Assembly (NCBI GenBank): GCA_038231275.1
Contig: JBBRLQ010000007.1
Span: 1 to 64,000, forward strand
From: Polyangiales bacterium
GTDB lineage: Bacteria; Myxococcota_A; Polyangia; Polyangiales; Polyangiaceae
Length of the DNA stretch: 64,000 nucleotides
Reading direction: 5' to 3'
The position numbers and the translations under genes were made by a program. Shown piece after piece: positions 8,776 to 16,922 of the stretch. The notes beneath the pieces were generated by a model. That model did not search any database. It was given only the letters and a program-made list of their open reading frames with translations, and had not been told where the DNA came from. Every line of letters starts with the position of its first letter. The stretch's first letter is position 1.

Positions 8776-9441
8776 ATGCCCGACCTAGGAAAGTCTGATC
8801 CCTCGAGCGGGGGCTCCGGGCACCCGCCGTCGGAGCCGCGGCAAGATCGTCGCGCGCGGGACTTCGGCGCGGCCTACGACCGGCCGGCGCGTCTCCAGAT
8901 GCTCGTCGCGCTCGTCCTCGGCCTCGTGCTCGTCGCGATTCCTCTCTATTTGTGGAGGCGACCGCGCGCCGAGAGCCCGATCGTGACCGCGCAGGCCGAT
9001 GCCGAGGCCGCCCCGCTCGCATCGGCGCTCGACGCGGACGCTGGCGCGGGCGACGACGCAGGCGGGCCGGTCGCCCTCGGCGAGCTCAAGGTGCTCGAGT
9101 GCCACGATCCGGGCAGCCGCCACACAGCGCCCGAGCAGTGCGATCACCTCGTGGACTTCGAGAAGCTGTTCACGAAGGCGGTCCAAGACGCCGCGAGCTG
9201 CGCGCCGTCCGGGCAGGGCGGGGGGACGATCCCGTACGTCGCCGACGTCAGCTTTGGCCGTAAAAAACAGCCGATCCACCTCACGAGCACCAAAGACGGC
9301 CGCGGGCTCAAGAGCGCCAAGACCGTCGCGTCGTGCGTGGCCGCGGTGAAGAAAAACCTCGGCGCGGTGAACCTCGACCCCATGAAGCACGATCACTCCC
9401 GCTACAAAATCTCGCTGGTGGCGACGTATCCCGGCAAGTGA
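8776..9441 (+). CDS. Single-TM membrane protein with a Cys-containing periplasmic domain (hypothetical, possibly TonB-C-like)
   Basis: One TM (MLVALVLGLVLVAIPLYLW), an Ala/Asp linker and four Cys; codon usage is typical of real genes here. Confidence 0.65.
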   Translation: MPDLGKSDPSSGGSGHPPSEPRQDRRARDFGAAYDRPARLQMLVALVLGLVLVAIPLYLWRRPRAESPIVTAQADAEAAPLASALDADAGAGDDAGGPVALGELKVLECHDPGSRHTAPEQCDHLVDFEKLFTKAVQDAASCAPSGQGGGTIPYVADVSFGRKKQPIHLTSTKDGRGLKSAKTVASCVAAVKKNLGAVNLDPMKHDHSRYKISLVATYPGK

Positions 9442-9479
9442 CGCGGCAAGTGGCGCGGCACGTGACGCGGCACGTGAAG
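9432..9479. repeat. 12-bp tandem repeat, 4 copies, between convergent genes
   Basis: cggcaagtgacg / cggcaagtggcg / cggcacgtgacg / cggcacgtgaag. Confidence 0.85.
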
Positions 9480-9496
9480 CCCCCCGTGCGGAGGCG

Positions 9497-11374
9497 TCAG
9501 CGCCCGCAGCCGGTGATGCCCGCGAACATCCCGCGGAGCGACGGCTCGGCGGCGCGGTTCGTGGAGCCGCCCGGTGCCGCACGAATCGCGTCCTCGAGTG
9601 CGCGTGCGCCCGCCGCGCAGTCACCGGCCTTTCCCAGGCAGAGCGCCGCCGAGAGCGCGAGCTTCATGGGGTCCTTGGCCTCGAAGGCGACGGGATCGGC
9701 GGCTTGCGTGACGTCGACCGATGCCGCCGCAGCGATCGCCGCCGCGTGGTTCTTCTTGCAGGACGCGGCGTCCGTCTTGACGACGCGACCGCGTTCGAGC
9801 TCCTTCGACGCGCGCACGAGGTCGTCGCGCGGCGACGCTTTCTGACTGCTCGCCCACGCTTTGCAGGTCGTGACGATGTTGGCGAAGCTCGCGCGCTCGT
9901 CGGCCTCGGAGCGCACTACGCCCGGCACGCTCGGAGTGAACCCGCTCTCGCTCTGCGCTGTGCGAAACGCGGCGAACGACGCCGGGCAATCTCCTGCGCG
10001 CCCGAGGCAGCTCGCGTACGCGCTCCTCTGGAACCCGATGTTCTGCGCGTTGCTCAGCGCCGTATCCGCAGGGTCGGCCTTGACCGTCGGAGCGAGGCGG
10101 CGGACGGTCTCGAACGTCCGCGTGCAATACTCCGCGTCCTTCTTTTGCATCGTCGCCGCGATCCCCAGGTCCTGCGCCGCCTTGAGGAGCTGCTTGTCGG
10201 GGGCGAGGGTCGACATCGCGCAGTGCTTGGACGCCGCCGCGTCGACGGACGCATCGACCAGCTCGGTCGAGAGATCGGTCTGGGCTTGGTAGGCCTTTCG
10301 GAGCTGCGCGCGGCCCGCGTCGCACTGCCCGGCGAGCATGACGCACATGCCGCGGGCGAAAGAGCTCGGCGACTTTGGATTGGTGGAGACGTGCGCAGGC
10401 TCGACGCGGTCCATCGCATCGAGCTCCTTCAGGCAACCCTTGCCGTCGCCCGCGTTCATCTTGCCCACGGCGGCTTGAGCGCGCGCCTTCGCCTGCTCGT
10501 TCGCCTCCATCTTCTGCATGACCTTGCCGGCCAGGTTCATCGCGTCGGGCGTCTCGGGCGCGCGGCTCGCGACCACGTCGGGGTTCGCGCCGCCGGAGAT
10601 CTCGCGAAGGGTGAGGCGGATCGGCACCGTGCACGTCTGCGTCTCTTTCGCCGTCACCCCCGTGCACGACGTGAGCACGCCGCCGCGCTTGTCGGCGTTG
10701 CCGAGCGAGCTGGATTTGCCGCCCGCGCCGATCCCCCACACGGTCGCGCCGGCTTCGCGGGTGAGCTGCTTGGCGCTCGCGAGCGCGAAGGCGCCGAGGT
10801 TGTACGCGTACACGAAGTGCGTTGCGCCCTTGCAGCGCGGGACGGCGTCGAGCTCGCTTCGGTAGACCTCGTCCCGCGTTGCCTTGCGCGTCCCGCTGAC
10901 GTAGTACTCCATGTGGAACTGCTCGCCCTGGGAGACGCGCCCGCCGAGCGTCGCGGCGCCGAGCGGCAGCTTCGCGTAGAGCTCGCCTTGGTTCGCGATG
11001 TCGATCTTCTCGACCGAGCCGCTCGTCCAATCGACGGCGCCGTACGCCCCGAGCGCGCCGCGCACGTCGCTGGCACATCCGTCGAGGACGACGAGGTCGC
11101 ACCCCTCGTATTTTACGAAGACGACGTCGCTCGAGGCCTTGGACTCGAAGCTCGACATGTCGGTCGCGTCCCACTCGATGACGAACGGCCGCTGGTGGGT
11201 TTTCGAGCTGCAGCTGCTTGCGCCCGCAAGAGTCCCCTCAATGAGCGAGCTCTGACCGGACGGACGGCCGCCGGTTGCGTTGGGCGCCGCGCCACCGCAC
11301 GCCCCGCACGCAAGGGCGAGGAGCGTCAGCGGAGCGAGCGAGCCAAGGACGAGCTGTTTCATGCGCGAGGTCAT
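9497..11374 (-). CDS. Cys-rich lipoprotein with a conserved N-terminal beta domain and C-terminal helical repeats
   Basis: Lipobox-like LALAC/GAC; repeated CLGxAGDC units; alternative start at 11362. Confidence 0.8.
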   Translation of the reverse strand: MTSRMKQLVLGSLAPLTLLALACGACGGAAPNATGGRPSGQSSLIEGTLAGASSCSSKTHQRPFVIEWDATDMSSFESKASSDVVFVKYEGCDLVVLDGCASDVRGALGAYGAVDWTSGSVEKIDIANQGELYAKLPLGAATLGGRVSQGEQFHMEYYVSGTRKATRDEVYRSELDAVPRCKGATHFVYAYNLGAFALASAKQLTREAGATVWGIGAGGKSSSLGNADKRGGVLTSCTGVTAKETQTCTVPIRLTLREISGGANPDVVASRAPETPDAMNLAGKVMQKMEANEQAKARAQAAVGKMNAGDGKGCLKELDAMDRVEPAHVSTNPKSPSSFARGMCVMLAGQCDAGRAQLRKAYQAQTDLSTELVDASVDAAASKHCAMSTLAPDKQLLKAAQDLGIAATMQKKDAEYCTRTFETVRRLAPTVKADPADTALSNAQNIGFQRSAYASCLGRAGDCPASFAAFRTAQSESGFTPSVPGVVRSEADERASFANIVTTCKAWASSQKASPRDDLVRASKELERGRVVKTDAASCKKNHAAAIAAAASVDVTQAADPVAFEAKDPMKLALSAALCLGKAGDCAAGARALEDAIRAAPGGSTNRAAEPSLRGMFAGITGCGR

Positions 11375-11467
11375 CCTACGTCACGCGAGTTGCCAGTCTT
11401 CCCCTTCTCGCCGCTCGCCCTCCTTCATCCCCTTGCGCTTGCCTCCCCGACCCCCCAAACTAACGGG

Positions 11468-11665
11468 ATGAAGCTCGTTCGCGCTTTCGTGGCCGTCGCC
11501 GTCTCGCTGGTCCCCGCCGTGGCCCTCGCGTGTCCGGGCGCGGCGAGCGCATGCGGCTCGTGCGGCGGCGCCGGCGGCCTCGGTCCCTACATCGCCGCGC
11601 TCGGCGTGGGCACGCTCGTCGGCATGGGCAGCGTCCACGTCCAGGGCTTCTTTCGGCGAAAGTAG
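11468..11665 (+). CDS. Small (65 aa) membrane protein: signal peptide, Cys motif, C-terminal TM
   Basis: MKLVRAFVAVAVSLVPAVALA-CPGAASACGSCGG...YIAALGVGTLVGMG...FFRRK; fills the gap upstream of purF. Confidence 0.7.
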   Translation: MKLVRAFVAVAVSLVPAVALACPGAASACGSCGGAGGLGPYIAALGVGTLVGMGSVHVQGFFRRK

Positions 11666-11715
11666 CGGGGTAGCCGCGTGGCGGGCACTGGGCGAGTAGT
11701 GCTAGGTTCCGCGCC

Positions 11716-13221
11716 ATGAGCCGTCGCCATCTCGTGGTCCTCGATCCCGTGCGGCCGCGGCTGGGTGGCCACGCGCCGCTCGTGGTGGACGGCGACCACG
11801 ACGCGGACGACCACTTCCACGATCACTGCGGCGTGTTCGGGGTCTTCGGTCACGGCGAGGCGGCCAACATCACCTACCTCGGCCTCCACGCGCTCCAGCA
11901 CCGCGGTCAGGAGTCCGCCGGCATCGTGACGAGCGACGGCGAGCAGCTCTTCGCGCACCGCTCGATGGGCCTCGTGCAAGACGCGTTCAGCCAGGAGCAG
12001 CTCGCGAAGCTCCCGGGCCGCATCGCCATCGGGCACGTCCGCTACTCGACCGCCGGCGGCTCGCACATCCGCAACGCGCAGCCCTTCGCCGTCGACTACT
12101 CGCGCGGATCGCTCGCGGTGTGCCACAACGGAAACCTCACGAACGCCGACGAGATCCGCGCCGAGCTCGAGCAGCGCGGATCCATCTTCCAGTCCACCGC
12201 CGACACCGAGGTGCTCGTCCACCTCGTCGCGTTGAGCTCGCAGATCTCGATCGAGGACCGCATCAGCGAGGCGCTCGCGAAGGTGAAGGGCGCCTACTCG
12301 CTCCTCTTCATGACGGAGGGCACGATCGTCGCCGTCCGCGATCCGCGCGGTATTCGTCCCTTGTGCCTCGGCATCCTCCCCGGCAGCAAGGACGCGCACG
12401 TGCTCGCCAGCGAGCCGACGGCCTTCGATCTCATCGGCGCCGAGTTCGTGCGCGACGTCGAGCCCGGAGAGATGATCCTCATCGATGCGAGCGGCATGCG
12501 CTCGGTGCGCCTCGAGGACAAGGCGCAGGCGCAGATGTGCGTCTTCGAGTACGTGTACTTTGCACGCCCCGACTCGCGCCTGGTGGGCCGCAGCGTGTAC
12601 GAGGTGCGGAAGGCGCTCGGCGGGTCGCTGGCGCGCGAGCATCCCGTCGAGGCCGACGTGGTCATCCCGGTGCCCGATTCGGGCGTCCCGGCGGCGATCG
12701 GCTACGCGAGCGAGCGCAAGATCCCATTCGAGATGGGCCTCATCCGCTCGCACTACGTCGGTCGCACGTTCATCGAGCCGCAGCAGAGTATCCGCCACTT
12801 CGGAGTGAGGTTGAAGCTCAATCCCGTGGCGTCGATCCTCCGCGGCAAGCGCGTCGTCGTGGTCGACGACTCGATCGTGCGCGGCACGACGTCGCGCAAG
12901 ATCGTCAAGATGGTCCGCGACGCCGGCGCGCGCGAGGTGCACCTCCGCATCTCCAGCCCGCCAACGCAGTGGCCTTGTTACTACGGCATCGACACGCCGA
13001 CGCGGCGCGAGCTCATCGCGTCGAGCCACTCGATCGACGAGATCGCGCGCTACGTCACCGCCGACACGCTGGGGTACCTGTCGCTGGAGGGGATGCTCGC
13101 GGCGGTGGGCGGCCCGACCGGCGATCCCAAGGCGTACTGCCACGCGTGCTTCTCGGGGCAGTACGCGATCCCGTTCGTGCCGCCGCCGGCGAAGCGGCAG
13201 ATGCGGCTGGTCGGAGTCTAA
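11716..13221 (+). CDS. purF: Amidophosphoribosyltransferase
   Basis: Propeptide followed by CGVFG, then [40 protein letters not shown] and CHAC. Confidence 0.98.
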   Translation: MSRRHLVVLDPVRPRLGGHAPLVVDGDHDADDHFHDHCGVFGVFGHGEAANITYLGLHALQHRGQESAGIVTSDGEQLFAHRSMGLVQDAFSQEQLAKLPGRIAIGHVRYSTAGGSHIRNAQPFAVDYSRGSLAVCHNGNLTNADEIRAELEQRGSIFQSTADTEVLVHLVALSSQISIEDRISEALAKVKGAYSLLFMTEGTIVAVRDPRGIRPLCLGILPGSKDAHVLASEPTAFDLIGAEFVRDVEPGEMILIDASGMRSVRLEDKAQAQMCVFEYVYFARPDSRLVGRSVYEVRKALGGSLAREHPVEADVVIPVPDSGVPAAIGYASERKIPFEMGLIRSHYVGRTFIEPQQSIRHFGVRLKLNPVASILRGKRVVVVDDSIVRGTTSRKIVKMVRDAGAREVHLRISSPPTQWPCYYGIDTPTRRELIASSHSIDEIARYVTADTLGYLSLEGMLAAVGGPTGDPKAYCHACFSGQYAIPFVPPPAKRQMRLVGV

Positions 13222-13230
13222 CGGGGGAAG

Positions 13231-14154
13231 ATGGGCGATCTCTTCGACAAGCTGCCGTCCGAGGTCTCCGTTTACGAGGTCTCTCCGCGCGACGGGCTCC
13301 AGAACGAGCGCGTAACGGTGCCGTTCGGCGACAAGCTGCGCCTCATCGACGCCATCCTCGCTGCCGGAATTCGCCGCGTGGAGATCACGAGCTTCGTGTC
13401 GCCGAAGTGGATCCCGCAGCTCGCCGACGCCGACGAGGTCGCGTCGCACGCGAAGGAGCCTGACGGCGTGCGCTTCAGCGCGCTGGTGCCCAACGCAGAG
13501 GGGCTTGAGCGCGCGCGCGTCGCTGGAATGAAGGAGATCGCGGTATTCATCAGCGCGAGCGAGACGCACAACCGGAAGAACGTGAACAAATCGATCGATC
13601 TGACGCTCAAGGCGTTCGCCGAGACGGTGCCGCCGGCGCTCGCCCTCGGCATGCGCGTGCGTGGGTACGTGTCGACGGTGTGGGGCTGCCCGTACGAGGG
13701 GGCGGTCGATCCGCGGCGCTCGCTCGCGATCGCGACGCGCCTCCACGAGATGGGCTGCTACCAGATCTCCCTCGGTGACACGATCGGCGTGGGCACGCCC
13801 CGCCAGACGAACGAGCTCCTGAAGATGATGCTCGCCGAGATCCCCATGGCCTCGATCGCGATGCACATGCACGACACGCGCGGCACCGCGCTCGCGAACA
13901 TCGTCGTGGGGCTCGAGATGGGCATCCGCGATTTCGACGCGTCGCTCGGCGGCCTCGGCGGGTGCCCCTACGCGCCGGGCGCAGCGGGCAACGTGGCGAC
14001 CGAGGACCTCGTGTACATGCTGCAGGGGATGGGCATCGCGACGGGAATCGATCTCGAGCGGCTCGTCGAGGCGGGCCGCGTCGCGTCGAGCATCGTGGGC
14101 CGATCGCTGCCGAGCAAGGTGCAAAAGGCGGGTGTGCGCAGTTTGCGAAGCTGA
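13231..14154 (+). CDS. hmgL: Hydroxymethylglutaryl-CoA lyase
   Basis: Motifs EVSPRDGLQNE, SFVSPKWIPQ, GCPYEG, HMHDTRG and GGCPYAPGAAGNVATED. Confidence 0.95.
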   Translation: MGDLFDKLPSEVSVYEVSPRDGLQNERVTVPFGDKLRLIDAILAAGIRRVEITSFVSPKWIPQLADADEVASHAKEPDGVRFSALVPNAEGLERARVAGMKEIAVFISASETHNRKNVNKSIDLTLKAFAETVPPALALGMRVRGYVSTVWGCPYEGAVDPRRSLAIATRLHEMGCYQISLGDTIGVGTPRQTNELLKMMLAEIPMASIAMHMHDTRGTALANIVVGLEMGIRDFDASLGGLGGCPYAPGAAGNVATEDLVYMLQGMGIATGIDLERLVEAGRVASSIVGRSLPSKVQKAGVRSLRS

Positions 14155-14316
14155 AGCGGAAGGAGCGCCTGAAGGTCGGCAGTTTGCGCCGGTTTGACGC
14201 ACCACGGATCTCGTGGAACTGGGCCGCTTCTCGTCCTTGAAATCCGGCCTTTCGTTCCTGAAACGAATTTCGTGGAATCGCCCCGGCAAATGCGCGAAGC
14301 CAATGGTTCCGATGAC

Positions 14317-14333
14317 TGGCATGGACCTCGCTA
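14317..14333 (+). promoter_or_regulatory. Putative sigma-54 (-24/-12) promoter
   Basis: TGGCATGGACCTCGCTA has GG and GC separated by exactly 10 nt and lies about 25 nt before the ATG at 14357. Confidence 0.5.
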
Positions 14334-14356
14334 AGTGGAGTGCGGCGCTGCGCAGG

Positions 14357-14995
14357 ATGGTCCTCCCCCCCCGGACCCCTGTGCGGTGCCGTTTTCTTTT
14401 GTGCGCGAGAGTTACGTCGCTCGCGCTCGTGGTCACCGCGACCGCAGCGGTCACCGCGGTGGCCACGTCGGGATGCCAGAAGACGCCCGAGGAGCCTGCC
14501 GCCGCGACGACGAGCGCGCCCACCGTCTTCGTGGTGCCGCCGCGCGCGGCCTCTGCGGCGAGCGTCGGCGCGCCGAAGGTGAGCGCGCCCGCGTGCCCAG
14601 CCGATCCGGAGCACGGCGCGCCGTTGCCGACGGCGTCGCTGCGCTTCGAGTCGGGGCCCACGTTGACGGTCGAGCTCGCGAAGACGCCGCACGACACCGA
14701 GCGCGGCCTCATGTACCGCACGAGCATGGCCGAAGATCGCGGGATGCTCTTTTATCTCGCCGGCCGCGACGACCACTCGTTTTGGATGCGTAATACATGC
14801 ATCCCCCTCGACATGCTCTTCGTCGACGAGTCGGGGGCGATCGTGGGCATCCTGGAGGATGTGCCGATCCTGAACGAGGAACCGCGCGGCGTGGGCCGGT
14901 TGTCCACGCATGTCCTCGAGGTCAATGCGGGCTGGTGCCGGCGCCATGGCGTCCGCGCTGGACAGAAGCTTCTTTTTCCGAGCCCTTCGAAGTAA
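14357..14995 (+). CDS. DUF192 family lipoprotein
   Basis: Motifs VELAKTP...RGLMYR...GMLF...FWMRNTCIPLDMLF...VLEVNAG; lipobox-like ATSGC; start uncertain. Confidence 0.88.
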   Translation: MVLPPRTPVRCRFLLCARVTSLALVVTATAAVTAVATSGCQKTPEEPAAATTSAPTVFVVPPRAASAASVGAPKVSAPACPADPEHGAPLPTASLRFESGPTLTVELAKTPHDTERGLMYRTSMAEDRGMLFYLAGRDDHSFWMRNTCIPLDMLFVDESGAIVGILEDVPILNEEPRGVGRLSTHVLEVNAGWCRRHGVRAGQKLLFPSPSK

Positions 14996-15007
14996 AAAGG
15001 ATCTCCC

Positions 15008-15838
15008 ATGCGCACCGCACTCCTCTCCCGTCCGGTTTCTCAGGCCCGCTCCGTCGCGCCGGTCACGTCTGCCGCGCTCGCCGCGCTCGCCGCGCTCACG
15101 CTCACGGGGTGCCCGCGCGAGGCCCCGCCGGAGCCGATGCGCGCAGACACGCCGGCCACCCCCATCCCCGCCGCCGCGCAGAACGCGACCGCCGCGCCCG
15201 TGGCGACGATGGCCGCCGCGCCGCCCCCCGCGATGCCGGTTGCCGCGCCGAGCCCGGGCGGCGATCCGACCGGCGGCAAGTGGACGATGGAGGACGCGAC
15301 GAAGGACCTGAAAGGGACCGGCGGCCTCGTCGCCAAGATCGACACGAGCAAGGGGCTCATCACCTGCAAGCTCTTCGAGGACAAGGCGCCGATCACGGTG
15401 GCGAGCTTCGTCGGTCTGGCGCGCGGCATCCGGCCGTTCAAAGATCCGGTGAAGAAGGAGTGGGTCACGCGCCCCTGGTACGACGGGACCGGCTTTCACC
15501 GCATCATCAAGGGCTTCATGATCCAGGGCGGCGATCCGCTCGGCAACGGCTCCGGTGAGCCCGGCTTCGTCTTGAAGGACGAGCTCTGGGAGGGCAGCAA
15601 GCACGATCACGCGGGCCAGCTCTGCATGGCCAACCGCGGGCACAACACCAACGGCGGTCAGTTCTTCATCACCGACGCCGCGGCGGCGTGGCTCGACAAC
15701 AACTACACCATCTTCGGCGAGTGCACGCCGGAGCAGACGGTGCACGACATCGCGAACGTCGAGATCGCGGGCGAGCGCCCGAAGACGCCGGTGGCGATCA
15801 AGACCGTCACGATCGCGCGCGAGAAGCCGGCCAAGTAG
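15008..15838 (+). CDS. Cyclophilin-type peptidyl-prolyl cis-trans isomerase (lipoprotein)
   Basis: Motifs FHRIIKGFMIQGGDP, MANRGHNTNGGQFFIT and YTIFG; LTGC lipobox. Confidence 0.95.
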   Translation: MRTALLSRPVSQARSVAPVTSAALAALAALTLTGCPREAPPEPMRADTPATPIPAAAQNATAAPVATMAAAPPPAMPVAAPSPGGDPTGGKWTMEDATKDLKGTGGLVAKIDTSKGLITCKLFEDKAPITVASFVGLARGIRPFKDPVKKEWVTRPWYDGTGFHRIIKGFMIQGGDPLGNGSGEPGFVLKDELWEGSKHDHAGQLCMANRGHNTNGGQFFITDAAAAWLDNNYTIFGECTPEQTVHDIANVEIAGERPKTPVAIKTVTIAREKPAK

Positions 15839-16313
15839 CGCCGGCAAGCATCAAGAGGGCGAGGCCCGTGCAGATGGCGACGTCGGCGACGTTGAACGTC
15901 GGCCAGTGGTGCACCGCGCCGCGGAAGGTCGCCGACACGTCGATGAAGTCGACGACGTAGCCGAAGCGCACGCGATCGGTGAGGTTGCCGAGCGCGCCGC
16001 CCGCGACGAGCGCGACGCCGAGGCGGCCGATCACGCTCGTCGTGCGCGCGTAGAGGGCCGCGAGGACGGCGAGCGCCACCAGCGACGCGCCGAGCAAAAT
16101 CGGCAGTCGCACGTTCTCCGGCGCGTCGCGCAAGAAGCTCCCCGCGCCGCCGGGGTTGTGCGCCAGGGTGAACTGCGCGATCCCGTCCACGGCGGCCCGC
16201 GGCGCCGTCAGGGCCTCCGCCCATCGCTTTGTCATGAGATCGAGCACGAGCGTCACCGACGCGACGAAGGCAAACAGCGCAGCGGCCCGCAGCGGGGATC
16301 GGATGGGCATCAC
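15807..16313 (-). CDS. lspA: Lipoprotein signal peptidase (signal peptidase II)
   Basis: Motifs DLMTK, NPG, GGALGNLTDR, VVDFID and WPTFNVAD. Confidence 0.93.
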   Translation of the reverse strand: MMPIRSPLRAAALFAFVASVTLVLDLMTKRWAEALTAPRAAVDGIAQFTLAHNPGGAGSFLRDAPENVRLPILLGASLVALAVLAALYARTTSVIGRLGVALVAGGALGNLTDRVRFGYVVDFIDVSATFRGAVHHWPTFNVADVAICTGLALLMLAGATWPASRARS

Positions 16314-16361
16314 CCCGCTAGCGATCTCCGCCGCTCGTCCATTCCCGAGCCTTCCGCGTCG

Positions 16362-16919
16362 TCAGTGCGAAAAGACGCCGTAGAGCGTCCCCTCGCCAAG
16401 CACGCGGCCGTTCATCGCCGTATCGAGCGCGGCGCGATCGGCGCCGTCCTTCAGGTCGAGCGGGACGTTCAGCGCGTAGATGTGGAAGCGGTAGCGGTGG
16501 ATCTGCATCTTCGGCGGACACGGGCCGGAGTAGCGCACACCCTCGAAGTCGTTCATCCCGATCTTGGCGCCCACGGTGCTCGGGTCCACTCCCTCGGGGA
16601 GCGAGGTCGCTGCCGGGTCGATGTTGAAGAGGAGCCAGTGCGTGAAGACTCCGCTCGGCGCGTCGGGATCGTCCACGACGAGGACGAGCGCCTTGGCCCC
16701 CTCGGGTGGCGAGCTCCACGTTACCTGGGGCGAGAGCTCCTTGCCGTCGCAGGTGTAGTCGATCGGGATCGGCCCGTTCGAGGCGAACGACTTGCTTGTC
16801 ACCGTGATCGACGCGACGGTCACGCCGGGAACGCCGGACGGCGCGGGGATCGTGGGCTTGCACGCGGCGAGCGCGAGCGAGGCTCCGAGGGCGGCGGCGA
16901 GGGGGAGGGGGTTTCGCAT
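16362..16919 (-). CDS. YbhB/YbcL (PEBP/Raf kinase inhibitor-like) lipoprotein
   Basis: Motifs YTCDG..SP, DPDAP...FTHW, YSGPCPP and HRYRF. Confidence 0.93.
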   Translation of the reverse strand: MRNPLPLAAALGASLALAACKPTIPAPSGVPGVTVASITVTSKSFASNGPIPIDYTCDGKELSPQVTWSSPPEGAKALVLVVDDPDAPSGVFTHWLLFNIDPAATSLPEGVDPSTVGAKIGMNDFEGVRYSGPCPPKMQIHRYRFHIYALNVPLDLKDGADRAALDTAMNGRVLGEGTLYGVFSH

Positions 16920-16922
16920 CGT

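Noticed and set aside
9432-9479. Possible CRISPR array
   Set aside because: The units are 12 bp and contiguous with no spacers, and there are no cas genes.
11587-14727. 1046-aa minus-strand ORF and many other long antisense or alternate-frame ORFs (e.g. 3900-5597, 35964-37553, 56730-58592)
   Set aside because: These are shadows of well-supported genes. High GC content suppresses stop codons, and the translations are Arg/Ala/Pro-rich with no motifs.
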